DNA of 64,000 nt from Candidatus Nanohaloarchaea archaeon (GTDB lineage: Archaea; Nanohalarchaeota; Nanosalinia; Nanosalinales; Nanosalinaceae), in NCBI GenBank assembly GCA_042218075.1, contig JBDGRK010000022.1, positions 1 to 64,000 of the forward strand, given 5' to 3'. Under the pieces are notes generated by a model, which saw only the letters and a program-made list of their open reading frames with translations, was not told the origin of the DNA and did no database searches. Made by a program: the position numbers and the translations under genes. Positions 27,488-36,682 of the stretch are shown here, one piece after another (within the stretch, counting starts at the first letter, position 1; each line of letters begins with the position of its first letter).

Positions 27488-27756
27488 CCGAACACACCTC
27501 CTTTTTTACCGTTCTCCATCTTTATCTTCCTCCTGATAACATTCTTGGCAACCTGGTACTTGGTGAAGTCGTCGATATCCCCTACATTAACTCCTGCCTC
27601 GTTTATGATTCTCTCTGGATTATCCAGCTCCACATCGTGGGAATAGCCCTCGCAGAGAGCGAACTCTTTCAGAATATTTTCCAGCCTGGAAAAATTGTCC
27701 GCCTCCAGGAATTTCTTCGCCTTCCTGTCGAACTCGTCAAGCTCCTTCTCACTCAT
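27472..27756 (-). CDS. Hypothetical protein
   Basis: Overlaps gatD and the kinase gene within the operon. Confidence 0.7.
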   Translation of the reverse strand: MSEKELDEFDRKAKKFLEADNFSRLENILKEFALCEGYSHDVELDNPERIINEAGVNVGDIDDFTKYQVAKNVIRRKIKMENGKKGGVFGFLKS

Positions 27757-29053
27757 TATACAAGGACCTTCCGCTTATCTCTCCATTCACGTTTTTCCTG
27801 AAAAGCTGTTCCGCATCCTCAAGCGAATCCGCCTGTCCGAGGCTCCACATCAGCTTCACGTAGGTCAGCTCTGGATGCATATCCTCGGATCCTATCACAC
27901 CTCTTTCCTTCACCTTTCTCTGGTTCGCGTAAACATCCATGTCAACCCTGCCATTAATACAGTTGGAGGACATCACCACAACAGCATCCTCGGCCAGTTC
28001 TTCCAGTTTTTCTTGAATCTCAATGTGATTTTCGGTCTCTTCATCAAACGCGCTTATCGGCATATGGCCGAGTCCTGTCCCCTCTATCACAACTCCATCG
28101 TAATCCTGTTCAATCAGGAACTCTATCTCCTCCGGATCGATGCCCGGCCTCACCTTCAAAAATCCAACATTTTCATTTAGATCGAAGCTTGGTTCGTAAT
28201 CCTTTTCCTCTGATTGTTCATCGTATTTAATCTCACCTGTCTGGTAATCCACAGTCCCCACTTCGCCTGTGTTTATCGCTTCAAAAGCATCCCTCCTTGA
28301 GGTATGCATCTTCCTTGTCTTTGCACCGTCGAGTATAGCGCATTCATCGTCGCTCGAAGATCTGTGCATGCAGACTCCGATTCCCTGGAAGCCAGTCTCC
28401 GATAGAAACTTCGCCGCGCAGTAGACGTTCATTCTTGCGTCGCTGCTGGGCCTGTCGCTCGATCTCTGTGCACCTACCAGCAAAACACCTGTATCTATAC
28501 CCTTCAACATCAGGTTGAGGGCGGCAGCTGTATCGCTTAATGTATCGGTGCCGTGACCCACAATTATTCCATCATATTCGTGCCTGACCTCATCGATCTT
28601 CCTCGCAATTCCCTGCCAGTGGGCCGGTTCCATGTCCTCCGACATTATCTCTCCGACGTAGACATCTGAGTGAATATTTACTTCTTCCGCGACCTCCGGG
28701 TACATGCTGACAGTCTCCTCCTGCTCGAAGGCAGCTTTTACCCCTCCCTTCTCGTAGTCAACCCTCGAACCGATTGTACCTCCAGTGTGGATTACCAGTA
28801 TGTCGGCTTTGTCCTCATTATGCTGGATTCCTCCACTTTGCTCTTCTGAATCCTGCTTCTTCTTCTCGACCAGCTCGATGCTTTCCATTTCAACACCGAT
28901 ATTGTACCCGTTTTCCAGCTTGAGCACTATTTTCCCCGGATCTCCGCTCTCCGGCTTCGGCATCAATCTTCCCTCTCTGCCATCAACCCTAACCCGGTCT
29001 CCAACTTCAATCCCCTTCTCATCCAGTTCTTCCAATAAATGCTCAGAATACAT
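27749..29053 (-). CDS. gatD: Glu-tRNA(Gln) amidotransferase subunit D
   Basis: KLENGYNIG, TGGTI, HGTDT, QRSSDRPSSD, RKMHTSRRDAF. Confidence 0.97.
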   Translation of the reverse strand: MYSEHLLEELDEKGIEVGDRVRVDGREGRLMPKPESGDPGKIVLKLENGYNIGVEMESIELVEKKKQDSEEQSGGIQHNEDKADILVIHTGGTIGSRVDYEKGGVKAAFEQEETVSMYPEVAEEVNIHSDVYVGEIMSEDMEPAHWQGIARKIDEVRHEYDGIIVGHGTDTLSDTAAALNLMLKGIDTGVLLVGAQRSSDRPSSDARMNVYCAAKFLSETGFQGIGVCMHRSSSDDECAILDGAKTRKMHTSRRDAFEAINTGEVGTVDYQTGEIKYDEQSEEKDYEPSFDLNENVGFLKVRPGIDPEEIEFLIEQDYDGVVIEGTGLGHMPISAFDEETENHIEIQEKLEELAEDAVVVMSSNCINGRVDMDVYANQRKVKERGVIGSEDMHPELTYVKLMWSLGQADSLEDAEQLFRKNVNGEISGRSLYNE

Positions 29054-29091
29054 ACCTCAGATCGGAACTTTAAAGCTTAATAATCAAATGG

Positions 29092-29811
29092 CTACCGGAA
29101 ATTCCGGACGTCAACCTTAAGGAAATCTGCGCCAGTTGGAAGCCGGAAGAACACATCGTAGGTAAACCCGTAGTCGCTTTCTACCACCGCCTTCACTTCG
29201 CCTGTTCCTATGTAGTCCCCGAACTCAGCTGTAGTATAACCCACACCTTCAGAAGAGTTGGGTTCGCTGTTCAGCTCAACTGTCAGGTTTGCACTCAGGT
29301 TCCTGCTCTCATCCTTGAACTGGTACATTGTGAGGAGCTCCGAGGTTGATATATTCGTGTAGTTGCCCGGGCCACCCAGATCTTTTATGCATGCCTTGAT
29401 ATGCTCATTCTCCATCATGTAGCAGTCTGTACTGTCTATAGTTGCGTTGGAAACTGTGACGTTCGAGCTCGAGCTAAGAATCACGTCACCGCTTACAGAA
29501 GCTGTCTGTGGCGATATAACGTTGGCAGAGGTTTCAAGCTCATAGACGAGCGAGTCAGTGCTGTTATCAAAGTAAATCTCGCCCCTGTCAAAGCTGTGCG
29601 TCAACTGCCTGGTTGAACCCTCTCCCTCGGCAATCACTGACTCTACATCATTATCCAGCTCCTGCATGAACTGCTGGGCCTGGCGGACAGAAGCCGCGTC
29701 CTGCATATTTTCAATTACAGGAGTACCGGCAGTCAAAGCCACGGAAATAGCGGTCACAGTAACTCCCACGTAGATTGCGGCGGTCGCTACCTGTGAGATT
29801 CCCTTGCCCAT
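29092..29811 (-). CDS. Type IV pilin-like protein (class III signal peptide)
   Basis: MGKG|ISQVATAAIYVGVTVTAISVAL. Confidence 0.8.
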   Translation of the reverse strand: MGKGISQVATAAIYVGVTVTAISVALTAGTPVIENMQDAASVRQAQQFMQELDNDVESVIAEGEGSTRQLTHSFDRGEIYFDNSTDSLVYELETSANVISPQTASVSGDVILSSSSNVTVSNATIDSTDCYMMENEHIKACIKDLGGPGNYTNISTSELLTMYQFKDESRNLSANLTVELNSEPNSSEGVGYTTAEFGDYIGTGEVKAVVESDYGFTYDVFFRLPTGADFLKVDVRNFR

Positions 29812-29842
29812 GGAACAATTTACTCGGTAGCTGCCTTAAATG

Positions 29843-30388
29843 TTACCTGACCACGTAATCCTCCCAGTTCTGGTTGCTGTTGTTCAGTCTAGTGTATGTG
29901 ACCAGTGTCGGCCCGTCAGCCCCGAAGCTTTCGTTTATGTTTAGCTCTGAGACGGTAAGGTTGTACTCCCTGTACGAACTGGAAATGCTTATCTTCGTAT
30001 TCTCCAGGGATGCCAGGGTCTTGGTGTGCTTCTCATCTCCCTCGAAAGTGAAATCAATAGAGTTAGGCCGGTAGTTGATGAAAAGCGCCTGACCCCTTTC
30101 AGGAAGTATAAGGGCCTGGAAACCGCTGTAATCAAGCCCCTTTCTCGCGGAAGTGGTGTTCACAAACCTGTTGTAGAGGTAGACACTGTGCTTGATTTTC
30201 TCAGTCGAGTAGTTTTCCTTGATCTGGTTGTTGTAGACCTCCTGCTGGTTGGTGAGTATGTTCTGGTAGTAGTTTTTCACAGAGTTATCCTGGCTGTACT
30301 CCGGGCCCTGGAAGCTGAAGACGATCAGTAGAAGCAGGGAGCTGAATACTATAGCTCCGACCGAGAAAGACTGTCCTTTTATTGCCAT
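29843..30388 (-). CDS. Type IV pilin-like protein
   Basis: MAIKG|QSFSVGAIVFSSLLLLIVF. Confidence 0.75.
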   Translation of the reverse strand: MAIKGQSFSVGAIVFSSLLLLIVFSFQGPEYSQDNSVKNYYQNILTNQQEVYNNQIKENYSTEKIKHSVYLYNRFVNTTSARKGLDYSGFQALILPERGQALFINYRPNSIDFTFEGDEKHTKTLASLENTKISISSSYREYNLTVSELNINESFGADGPTLVTYTRLNNSNQNWEDYVVR

Positions 30389-30969
30389 ATGCGGGCCTTC
30401 ACCTCTCTGGTGTTGTTTCCGTCATCTGTAACGTAGTTAACAGTGAAAACTTCCTGGTTCTTCGTTGATATGGAGCCCCAGCCGGGATACTCCACCGCCT
30501 CCAGGTGTGCTTCCACCGTACCTGAAAAGTTTAGCGAACCTGAACCTGAAACCGACCTGTGCAGGTATCCGTTTTTGCTATAGCTGTCGATGATCGTGGA
30601 ATTCTGGAAGTCCGCAGAGAATCCTGAGTTCGAGTCTATCCACAGCATTATATCCTTGTAACCGCCATTATCCAGCGAAAAGCTTTCATTTCCGTCGATA
30701 TCGGAGCTGACAACTACAGAATTATTGACCTGGCGGACGGAGACGTTGTAGCCGGTACTCAGTCTGTCTTCGAGCTGTGTCTCTATCTCTGAGCTGTTAT
30801 GGCTGAGATTGTCCCTCTGGTCTATCCTGTCCATCTTCTGCCTCAGATCTCCTGTCCTTATACCGGATTCGTTGTTCACCTGGGGGAAGACGAAAAGCAC
30901 CACGCCCAGAACCAGTGAAGAAGCTATGATCGCCTCGAGAGTGTGTATGAATCCCTTACTTACTCCCAT
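30379..30969 (-). CDS. Type IV pilin-like protein
   Basis: MGVSKG|FIHTLEAIIASSLVLGVVLF. Confidence 0.8.
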   Translation of the reverse strand: MGVSKGFIHTLEAIIASSLVLGVVLFVFPQVNNESGIRTGDLRQKMDRIDQRDNLSHNSSEIETQLEDRLSTGYNVSVRQVNNSVVVSSDIDGNESFSLDNGGYKDIMLWIDSNSGFSADFQNSTIIDSYSKNGYLHRSVSGSGSLNFSGTVEAHLEAVEYPGWGSISTKNQEVFTVNYVTDDGNNTREVKARIWQ

Positions 30970-32147
30970 ATGACCACCCTTCCCTCAACTTCCTCCAGCT
31001 CCCCATCATCTCTAAGCAGGTTGTGCGTGAAGGTCTCGACGGCGGTAGATTTGAGAGGTACGTTCTCTCCCACGGACAGAATCCTGTGGCTCCCGGTAGA
31101 GTTCTCAACGTTCATCGTGACGTTGAATCCGTAGCTGCCCGCATTCAACTTGTTCTCCAGCTCCGAGCCGGTCAGGTTTTCCATGTCTTCGGCCTCGCTC
31201 TCTGATGTGGCCTCGATCAGCCTCTCCATCTGGATGTATCGATCTCCATCTGCGTAATTCTCTATCCTTTTTTCCCCGAATGAGCTGTCTTTCTCGTGCA
31301 GCATAACCCTTGTCCTGTTGGATTCTACGTCGAGCTTCACCGTTTTATTGTCCGGGCGGGATACGTTGACAGTCATGTTTCCAGTGAAAGTTATTCCCAG
31401 GCTCGAGTTTGCAACTGTAAACCCCTGTGTTTCCCCCTGCTTTACAGTTCCATTCTGGTTCAGGTCTATCCTGTTGTCAGTGGCGTACCAGTAAAGCGTG
31501 GAGAAGTTTGCAGTCTTGAAGACCGGGTCGTCAGCCCTGAGGATGAACTCCCTCGACTCGTTGTAGACCGTGAGGTTTCCCCCGGTGGTCTCGTGGAACA
31601 CTTTGGTCTGCCTGAAACTGGTTGAGCTTGAGAACTCCGCTTCCTCGTTCAGCAGCTCCTCACCATCTATCCTCATGGACGTGAGTCCCGGATTCTCAAC
31701 CTTCAGTGAGATATTGCTGTTATTTATCCAGCTGTTGTTCGAGGACAGGTCGGTAGAAAGGTTAGAAGAAACGTTAAGGGATGAGTATGTAGCGTTGAAG
31801 CTGTTATTCCCGGTATCGAAGACGGTTGCAAACCTGTCATCCGAGAAGTTGAAGTGGGAGGGATTCGTGGCCGTGCCGTTTTTACTTGACAGGTTCCTGT
31901 AGTAGTATTCCCTGTCCAGAGGTATATTCGCGATGGATGAATTTGTCCTTGACACTACCTGAGTCCTGACAGCTGTACTGGTAACTTCATCAATAACATT
32001 ATCCTCGATCTCTGAAACTTTATCCTCGATGTCCTGCCTCTGGTCGAGGAAGTCTGAGCTATTAAGTACGATAATCGAGGATAGCATCGTGGTGATGAAT
32101 AGAGCGAATCCTATCGACCAGTCTATGTTTATTGCCTGTCCCTTCAT
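30960..32147 (-). CDS. Large type IV pilin-like protein, sequon-rich
   Basis: MKG|QAINIDWSIGFALFITTML; many N-x-S/T. Confidence 0.78.
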   Translation of the reverse strand: MKGQAINIDWSIGFALFITTMLSSIIVLNSSDFLDQRQDIEDKVSEIEDNVIDEVTSTAVRTQVVSRTNSSIANIPLDREYYYRNLSSKNGTATNPSHFNFSDDRFATVFDTGNNSFNATYSSLNVSSNLSTDLSSNNSWINNSNISLKVENPGLTSMRIDGEELLNEEAEFSSSTSFRQTKVFHETTGGNLTVYNESREFILRADDPVFKTANFSTLYWYATDNRIDLNQNGTVKQGETQGFTVANSSLGITFTGNMTVNVSRPDNKTVKLDVESNRTRVMLHEKDSSFGEKRIENYADGDRYIQMERLIEATSESEAEDMENLTGSELENKLNAGSYGFNVTMNVENSTGSHRILSVGENVPLKSTAVETFTHNLLRDDGELEEVEGRVVIWE

Positions 32148-33094
32148 CTCACTACCCTGATCTTGGCCTTATTGTCGCCAGTTTTCTCCACCTCGAAGTC
32201 GTACCTGCCCGGGAGAACGTCAACTTCCGAGCTCAGATTGTAATCCGGGTCATACCTTACTCTCACTGTCGCCTCATCGGGCATCAGGAATCCAAAGCTA
32301 GGCTCTATATTCGATACAAAATTATCATTTCTTATCGTTGTCTCCTGGTCATCGATCTCGAAGTAGTCTCCCTTAGTGAAAGGTAAAAGGAATGATGCAG
32401 ATTTCCGCTTTGTGCTCATCTGGAGAAGATTATTGTCGCTGATATTTCTGCCGGCACTCAGGAAGTCTTTCTTCACGATACCTGCTACGTATCCGTCTCC
32501 CTGTGCAACCAGGTAAGGATAACTGGATGAACTGAAGCTTTCGTTTCCGTAGACCCGCTCACCGGAGAAATACACCTCATCTGATGATGTGTGGTTGAAC
32601 TCTAGCTGGAGTGAAACGTTTTCCGGTCTAGAAATACTTCCGCATACCAGCCTGTCGAAAACATTAGTATCCGCGGCATGAAGGTTTACTTTCGGAGAGG
32701 ATTCATCCACGGGCGATACCGAGAAAAGGGCCGTCTCATTACTCTTGCATGCTCCTAGAGGCGACGTCAATCTAGTCTTCATCTTCCCTGTACATACTTT
32801 CAGGTTGTAGGCACCGGTGAAGGAGAGGTGAGCCTTCCTGTTCCTTCCGGATATGTAGAAACCCACGTTCTTCGAGCATTCTCCGCTGGTAACCTCAACC
32901 GGGTCCTCCAGCCCTGATACACATACATTTTCGCTGTACTGGTTAAGGTCGCCAGGATGGCTGTACTCCTTCGAGGGATCCGAGAGCGATATTACAGGTT
33001 CAGCATCACCACAGCTCGAGTCAATATTAGAACTGATGTCGGCCTGTGCAAAAGGCACCATTAACAGAAGAGAGAGCAGGTAGAGCCTTTTCAT
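32144..33094 (-). CDS. Secreted Cys/His-repeat protein heading the pilin operon
   Basis: Sec signal MKRLYLLSLLLMVPFAQA; three C..S..H..(Y/F)..C repeats. Confidence 0.75.
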   Translation of the reverse strand: MKRLYLLSLLLMVPFAQADISSNIDSSCGDAEPVISLSDPSKEYSHPGDLNQYSENVCVSGLEDPVEVTSGECSKNVGFYISGRNRKAHLSFTGAYNLKVCTGKMKTRLTSPLGACKSNETALFSVSPVDESSPKVNLHAADTNVFDRLVCGSISRPENVSLQLEFNHTSSDEVYFSGERVYGNESFSSSSYPYLVAQGDGYVAGIVKKDFLSAGRNISDNNLLQMSTKRKSASFLLPFTKGDYFEIDDQETTIRNDNFVSNIEPSFGFLMPDEATVRVRYDPDYNLSSEVDVLPGRYDFEVEKTGDNKAKIRVVR

Positions 33095-33177
33095 CTCCTG
33101 TAAATTTTATGCTCTCTGCTGTTATTAAACCTGATCTAGGCCGGTAGTTTAAAATAGGTAGACGCCAATTAATTAGC

Positions 33178-33393
33178 ATGGCGTTCATTGGACTTAACGA
33201 AGCCCTTCTGATAGGCGCAGTACTGCTGGCTCTTGTTCTAGGACCGAAAAAACTACCGGAACTTGCCAGGAGTCTTGGAGAATCCAAGAAGGAGTTCAAG
33301 AAGTCGATGAAGGAAGCGGATGAGGCAGTGGAAGACATGAAGCCCGATGCAGAAGGAGAGATGGAAGAAGTCGAAGAAATGAAGGATGAATAA
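33178..33393 (+). CDS. tatA: Twin-arginine translocase TatA
   Basis: LGPKKLPELARSLG. Confidence 0.92.
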   Translation: MAFIGLNEALLIGAVLLALVLGPKKLPELARSLGESKKEFKKSMKEADEAVEDMKPDAEGEMEEVEEMKDE

Positions 33394-33407
33394 GCCCGGG
33401 TAAAAAG

Positions 33408-34094
33408 ATGGAAACTCTGGAAGACCATGTGAGGGCCCTGAAAAAGAGGTTGACCTTTATTATTTTGGCCTTCACCGCTGCAACTGCGATAACGTTCTAC
33501 TATTCTCAGGACATACTTGTGTGGGTCCAGAACGACCTGAATTTTACACTGAACGCTCTGCACGCCTACGAGGCTTTCTACACCCAGATAATGATTGCGA
33601 TGCTGGGCGGTTTCCTGATTTCCCTTCCCTTCAACGTTTACCAGGTGCTACAGTTCCTTAAACCGGGACTGAGGAAGAAAGAGTACAGGACCATCAGAAA
33701 CTTTCTTCCTTTCTCGATAATACTTTTCCTGGGAGGAGCCGCATTCGCCTACAATTACGTTGTGAAACTCAGCCTGGCCTTTTTCTCGAGGACCACGGCG
33801 GCTGCCGGAGTCGAGGCGATTTGGGGGCTACAGAACACTATAGGCTTCGCTCTCAAGCTTTCAGCCTTTACAGGAATAATATTCCAGCTGCCTATCGTGG
33901 CTCTGGTACTTTCCAGGGCAGGTGTTATAGACAGCGAAATAATGGAAGAATACAGGGCATACTTCATCGTGGCTATTCTCATCGTCTCTGCGGTCGCGAC
34001 TCCCCCCGACATCATAACCCAGCTTCTTATTACAGGCCCAGTTATAGGCCTCTACCAGCTTAGCATTTTTCTCGTCAGAAAATTCGAATCCTAG
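33408..34094 (+). CDS. tatC: Twin-arginine translocase TatC
   Basis: LEDHVRALKKR, FLKPGL, FQLP, TPPD. Confidence 0.92.
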   Translation: METLEDHVRALKKRLTFIILAFTAATAITFYYSQDILVWVQNDLNFTLNALHAYEAFYTQIMIAMLGGFLISLPFNVYQVLQFLKPGLRKKEYRTIRNFLPFSIILFLGGAAFAYNYVVKLSLAFFSRTTAAAGVEAIWGLQNTIGFALKLSAFTGIIFQLPIVALVLSRAGVIDSEIMEEYRAYFIVAILIVSAVATPPDIITQLLITGPVIGLYQLSIFLVRKFES

Positions 34095-34153
34095 TAATAG
34101 TCGGTTTTTAAAGTTAACCTCCGCATTTTTACTTATGGAACGTGATAAAATAG

Positions 34154-35473
34154 ATGAAAGTTTACACACTAGGCGGCTACGAAGAAGTTGGCCGCAACAT
34201 GACGGCTGTTGAAGCCCACGGCCAGACTGTTATCTTCGACATGGGCTTCGAGATGGAAGAAGTCATCAACGCTGATGGCGAAATCAACGAAATGACGACA
34301 AATGAAACCCTTGAAACCGGAGCGATTCCGGAAGACGAAGTTCTCTACGAAAACGATGAGGACGTCCGGGCCATCGTAATCGGGCACGGGCACCTCGACC
34401 ACGTTGGAGCGATTCCAAAACTTGCGGGAGCATACGACTGTCCTATAGTCTGTACGCCCTACACGAAGAAGATCGTGGAGAAACAGCTGGAGGATGATCG
34501 AAAAAACATCCAGAACCCGATAATCGCTGTTGAAAAGGGAGAAGAATACTCGATCTCCGACCAGCTCGATCTTGAATTTATCCACGTCAACCACTCGATC
34601 CCGCAGGCCACACTTTCCTGGCTGAAAACGCCGGAAGGAGGAGTTATCTACGGGAACGACATGAAGATTGATAGATCGCCCGTGATAGAAGAGACAACAG
34701 ACATAGAAAAGATGAAGCAGGCTGGCAGAGAGGGTATCAAGTGCATGATCCCCGGAACCACTAGAGTAGAAGACGAGGGAAGGTGCAGATCCGAGCGATC
34801 GGTCGAGGTGGAACTCGAAGATGTGCTTAACTCCTGCTACGAGGCAGGAGGCGCAGTCATCATGAGTACCTTCTCCTCGCAGATCTCCAGGCTGAACTCG
34901 ATAATCGAGGCCAACAACGGAAGAAGAAAGATAGCCTTTGTCGGAAGATCACTCAAGGAGTACACGAAGGCGGCTGAAGAACTTGATCTGATCGATCTCT
35001 CGAAGGTTGAAGTCGTATCCTACTACGACGAGTGCGAGGAACTCATGGATCGCGTTTCCGGTGAGAAAGAGGAATGGCTTGTAGTCGCGACAGGAAACCA
35101 GGGAGAACCCGGAGCCCAGCTGGACAAGATTGCGTCACAGGAGTATCCCTTCAGGTTTGAGGAGGGCGATCACGTGATCTTTTCATCCCAGACAATTCCA
35201 ACACCACTGACGCAGGCCAACCGCTACACCCTGGAGAAAAAGCTGAAGGAGCAGGGCGTAAGATTGTACAAGGACGTCCACACCTCGGGACACGCAAAGA
35301 GGGAAGATCACAGGGACTTCATCCAGATGCTAGACCCCGAGAACATCGTTCCTTCACACGGAGATATCCAGAAACTGGGAGCCTACGTGGAGCTTGCAAG
35401 AGAGGAAGGTTACTCGCTGGAGGAAGATGTTTTCATAGGGGAGAACGGAAGAGTCATCGAGATTGATCAGTAG
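34154..35473 (+). CDS. rnj: Ribonuclease J (beta-CASP)
   Basis: GGYEEVGRNM, HGHLDHVG, HSIP, HTSGH, PSHG. Confidence 0.93.
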   Translation: MKVYTLGGYEEVGRNMTAVEAHGQTVIFDMGFEMEEVINADGEINEMTTNETLETGAIPEDEVLYENDEDVRAIVIGHGHLDHVGAIPKLAGAYDCPIVCTPYTKKIVEKQLEDDRKNIQNPIIAVEKGEEYSISDQLDLEFIHVNHSIPQATLSWLKTPEGGVIYGNDMKIDRSPVIEETTDIEKMKQAGREGIKCMIPGTTRVEDEGRCRSERSVEVELEDVLNSCYEAGGAVIMSTFSSQISRLNSIIEANNGRRKIAFVGRSLKEYTKAAEELDLIDLSKVEVVSYYDECEELMDRVSGEKEEWLVVATGNQGEPGAQLDKIASQEYPFRFEEGDHVIFSSQTIPTPLTQANRYTLEKKLKEQGVRLYKDVHTSGHAKREDHRDFIQMLDPENIVPSHGDIQKLGAYVELAREEGYSLEEDVFIGENGRVIEIDQ

Positions 35474-35834
35474 CTCTCCACCTCTAGCTCTTCTATTTTC
35501 TCGAAGTGGGTGTCTCGCGTTACAAGGGTGCGGTTTCGGTTGAAAGCTGTGCACCGATAAGTATATTGATCTGTCCGATCATTTCCCCATTTTTCTTGAG
35601 TTTTCTATAGATTTTGGAAGCTTTCTGAACATCCCTCTGATTTAGTTCTACAAGCGTATTTTCCAGGAGTTTTTCCTCATCAAACCTGGCGAGCTTGTTC
35701 AACTCATAGAAGCATAATATACTGCTTATCACTCTATCTGCGTTCTTCCACTTTCTAACAGCTATTTCTTTGCCTTCAAATAAATCTATAAGAAAGCTGC
35801 TATCGGCTAAGTAGCTCCTCTCTTTCTTCATCAA
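35467..35834 (-). pseudogene. VapC PIN toxin, frameshifted
   Basis: ADSSFLID...; after ILIGA the natural tail TAFNRNRTLVTRDTHFEKIEELEVESY* is in another frame (1-nt deletion near 35551). Confidence 0.8.
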
Positions 35835-36030
35835 TAAAATCTTCTTCCCTTCTCATTTTTATTAAATCTTCCACCGTAATGTCGATTTCTTCCCCTATTA
35901 TATTTTCGAATCCCCTGACTTCATCTTCTGTAATTTCCATCACCACGTCCGAGAAGCTCTTGCCGTTATCTTTCAGAGCTTTCAGTCTCTGGTACGCCTC
36001 CTCCCTCAGGGATATGGTCTTGGAAGCCAT
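35800..36030 (-). CDS. VapB antitoxin (DUF217-like)
   Basis: KTISLREEAYQRLKALK...SFSDVV. Confidence 0.85.
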   Translation of the reverse strand: MASKTISLREEAYQRLKALKDNGKSFSDVVMEITEDEVRGFENIIGEEIDITVEDLIKMRREEDFIDEEREELLSR

Positions 36031-36064
36031 GATCTGTGTATGTGTACCAATACTTATACTATTT

Positions 36065-36538
36065 TTATCCCGTCCGATTAAAATAAAACCTGTCTCCCTC
36101 CTCTATACCGTTTCTATCGGTAAAGTTCTGGTTGACCTCCAGGACGTACTTCGCGGGTCCTCCTATGTATCTTGTCAACTCTGAATCCGGGGTTCCCGGC
36201 TCCGGGTAGGCCTTCATTACATCCATGACAGTGTTGTTGGAGGCGATGTATACAATATCCAGGGGAATGTAGGTGCTTTTCATCCAGAAAGCCCTGATCT
36301 GCTCGTCATCGAAGATAAACAGCATCCCGTAGTTCTCTGCCAGTTTGGAGCGGTTCATCAACCCTTCTCTCTTTTCCTTAGTAGTTTCAGCCAGCTCCAG
36401 TTCCAATTCTCCAATCCTTTCTCCATCGCTCAAGAAGTATCCTGTAGCCTCCAACTCTCCCTGAGAAAAAGAGGCCGACACCGCCACCACGACAGCTAGA
36501 ATAACAGTAAAAATTGCTACAAGGTTCTGCTCTTCCAT
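36065..36538 (-). CDS. DUF192 family exported protein
   Basis: REGLMNR, GMLFIF, FWMKSTYIPLDI, YVLEVN. Confidence 0.9.
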   Translation of the reverse strand: MEEQNLVAIFTVILAVVVAVSASFSQGELEATGYFLSDGERIGELELELAETTKEKREGLMNRSKLAENYGMLFIFDDEQIRAFWMKSTYIPLDIVYIASNNTVMDVMKAYPEPGTPDSELTRYIGGPAKYVLEVNQNFTDRNGIEEGDRFYFNRTG

Positions 36539-36630
36539 CAGTACCGCCTCCAGAAATAGATTATAATGCTTATCAGCGAGATTATGAGGGCTTCCCTGAA
36601 ACCGACGGGTAGAGGTATTGGAATTATCAC
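36538..36630 (-). CDS. Possible 30-aa membrane microprotein
   Basis: GTG...MIIPIPLPVGFREALIISLISIIIYFWRRY*, TGATG-coupled to DUF192. Confidence 0.45.
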   Translation of the reverse strand: MIIPIPLPVGFREALIISLISIIIYFWRRY

Positions 36631-36682
36631 AGATGATTATTGCTGGACATGATATTTAGAGCTTGCGCGTTGAATTCACTAC

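Noticed and set aside
27497-27510. -1 frameshift at AAAAAAG fusing the 94-aa ORF to the kinase
   Set aside because: The A AAA AAG heptamer is not in the upstream reading frame; an SD-supported ATT start is simpler
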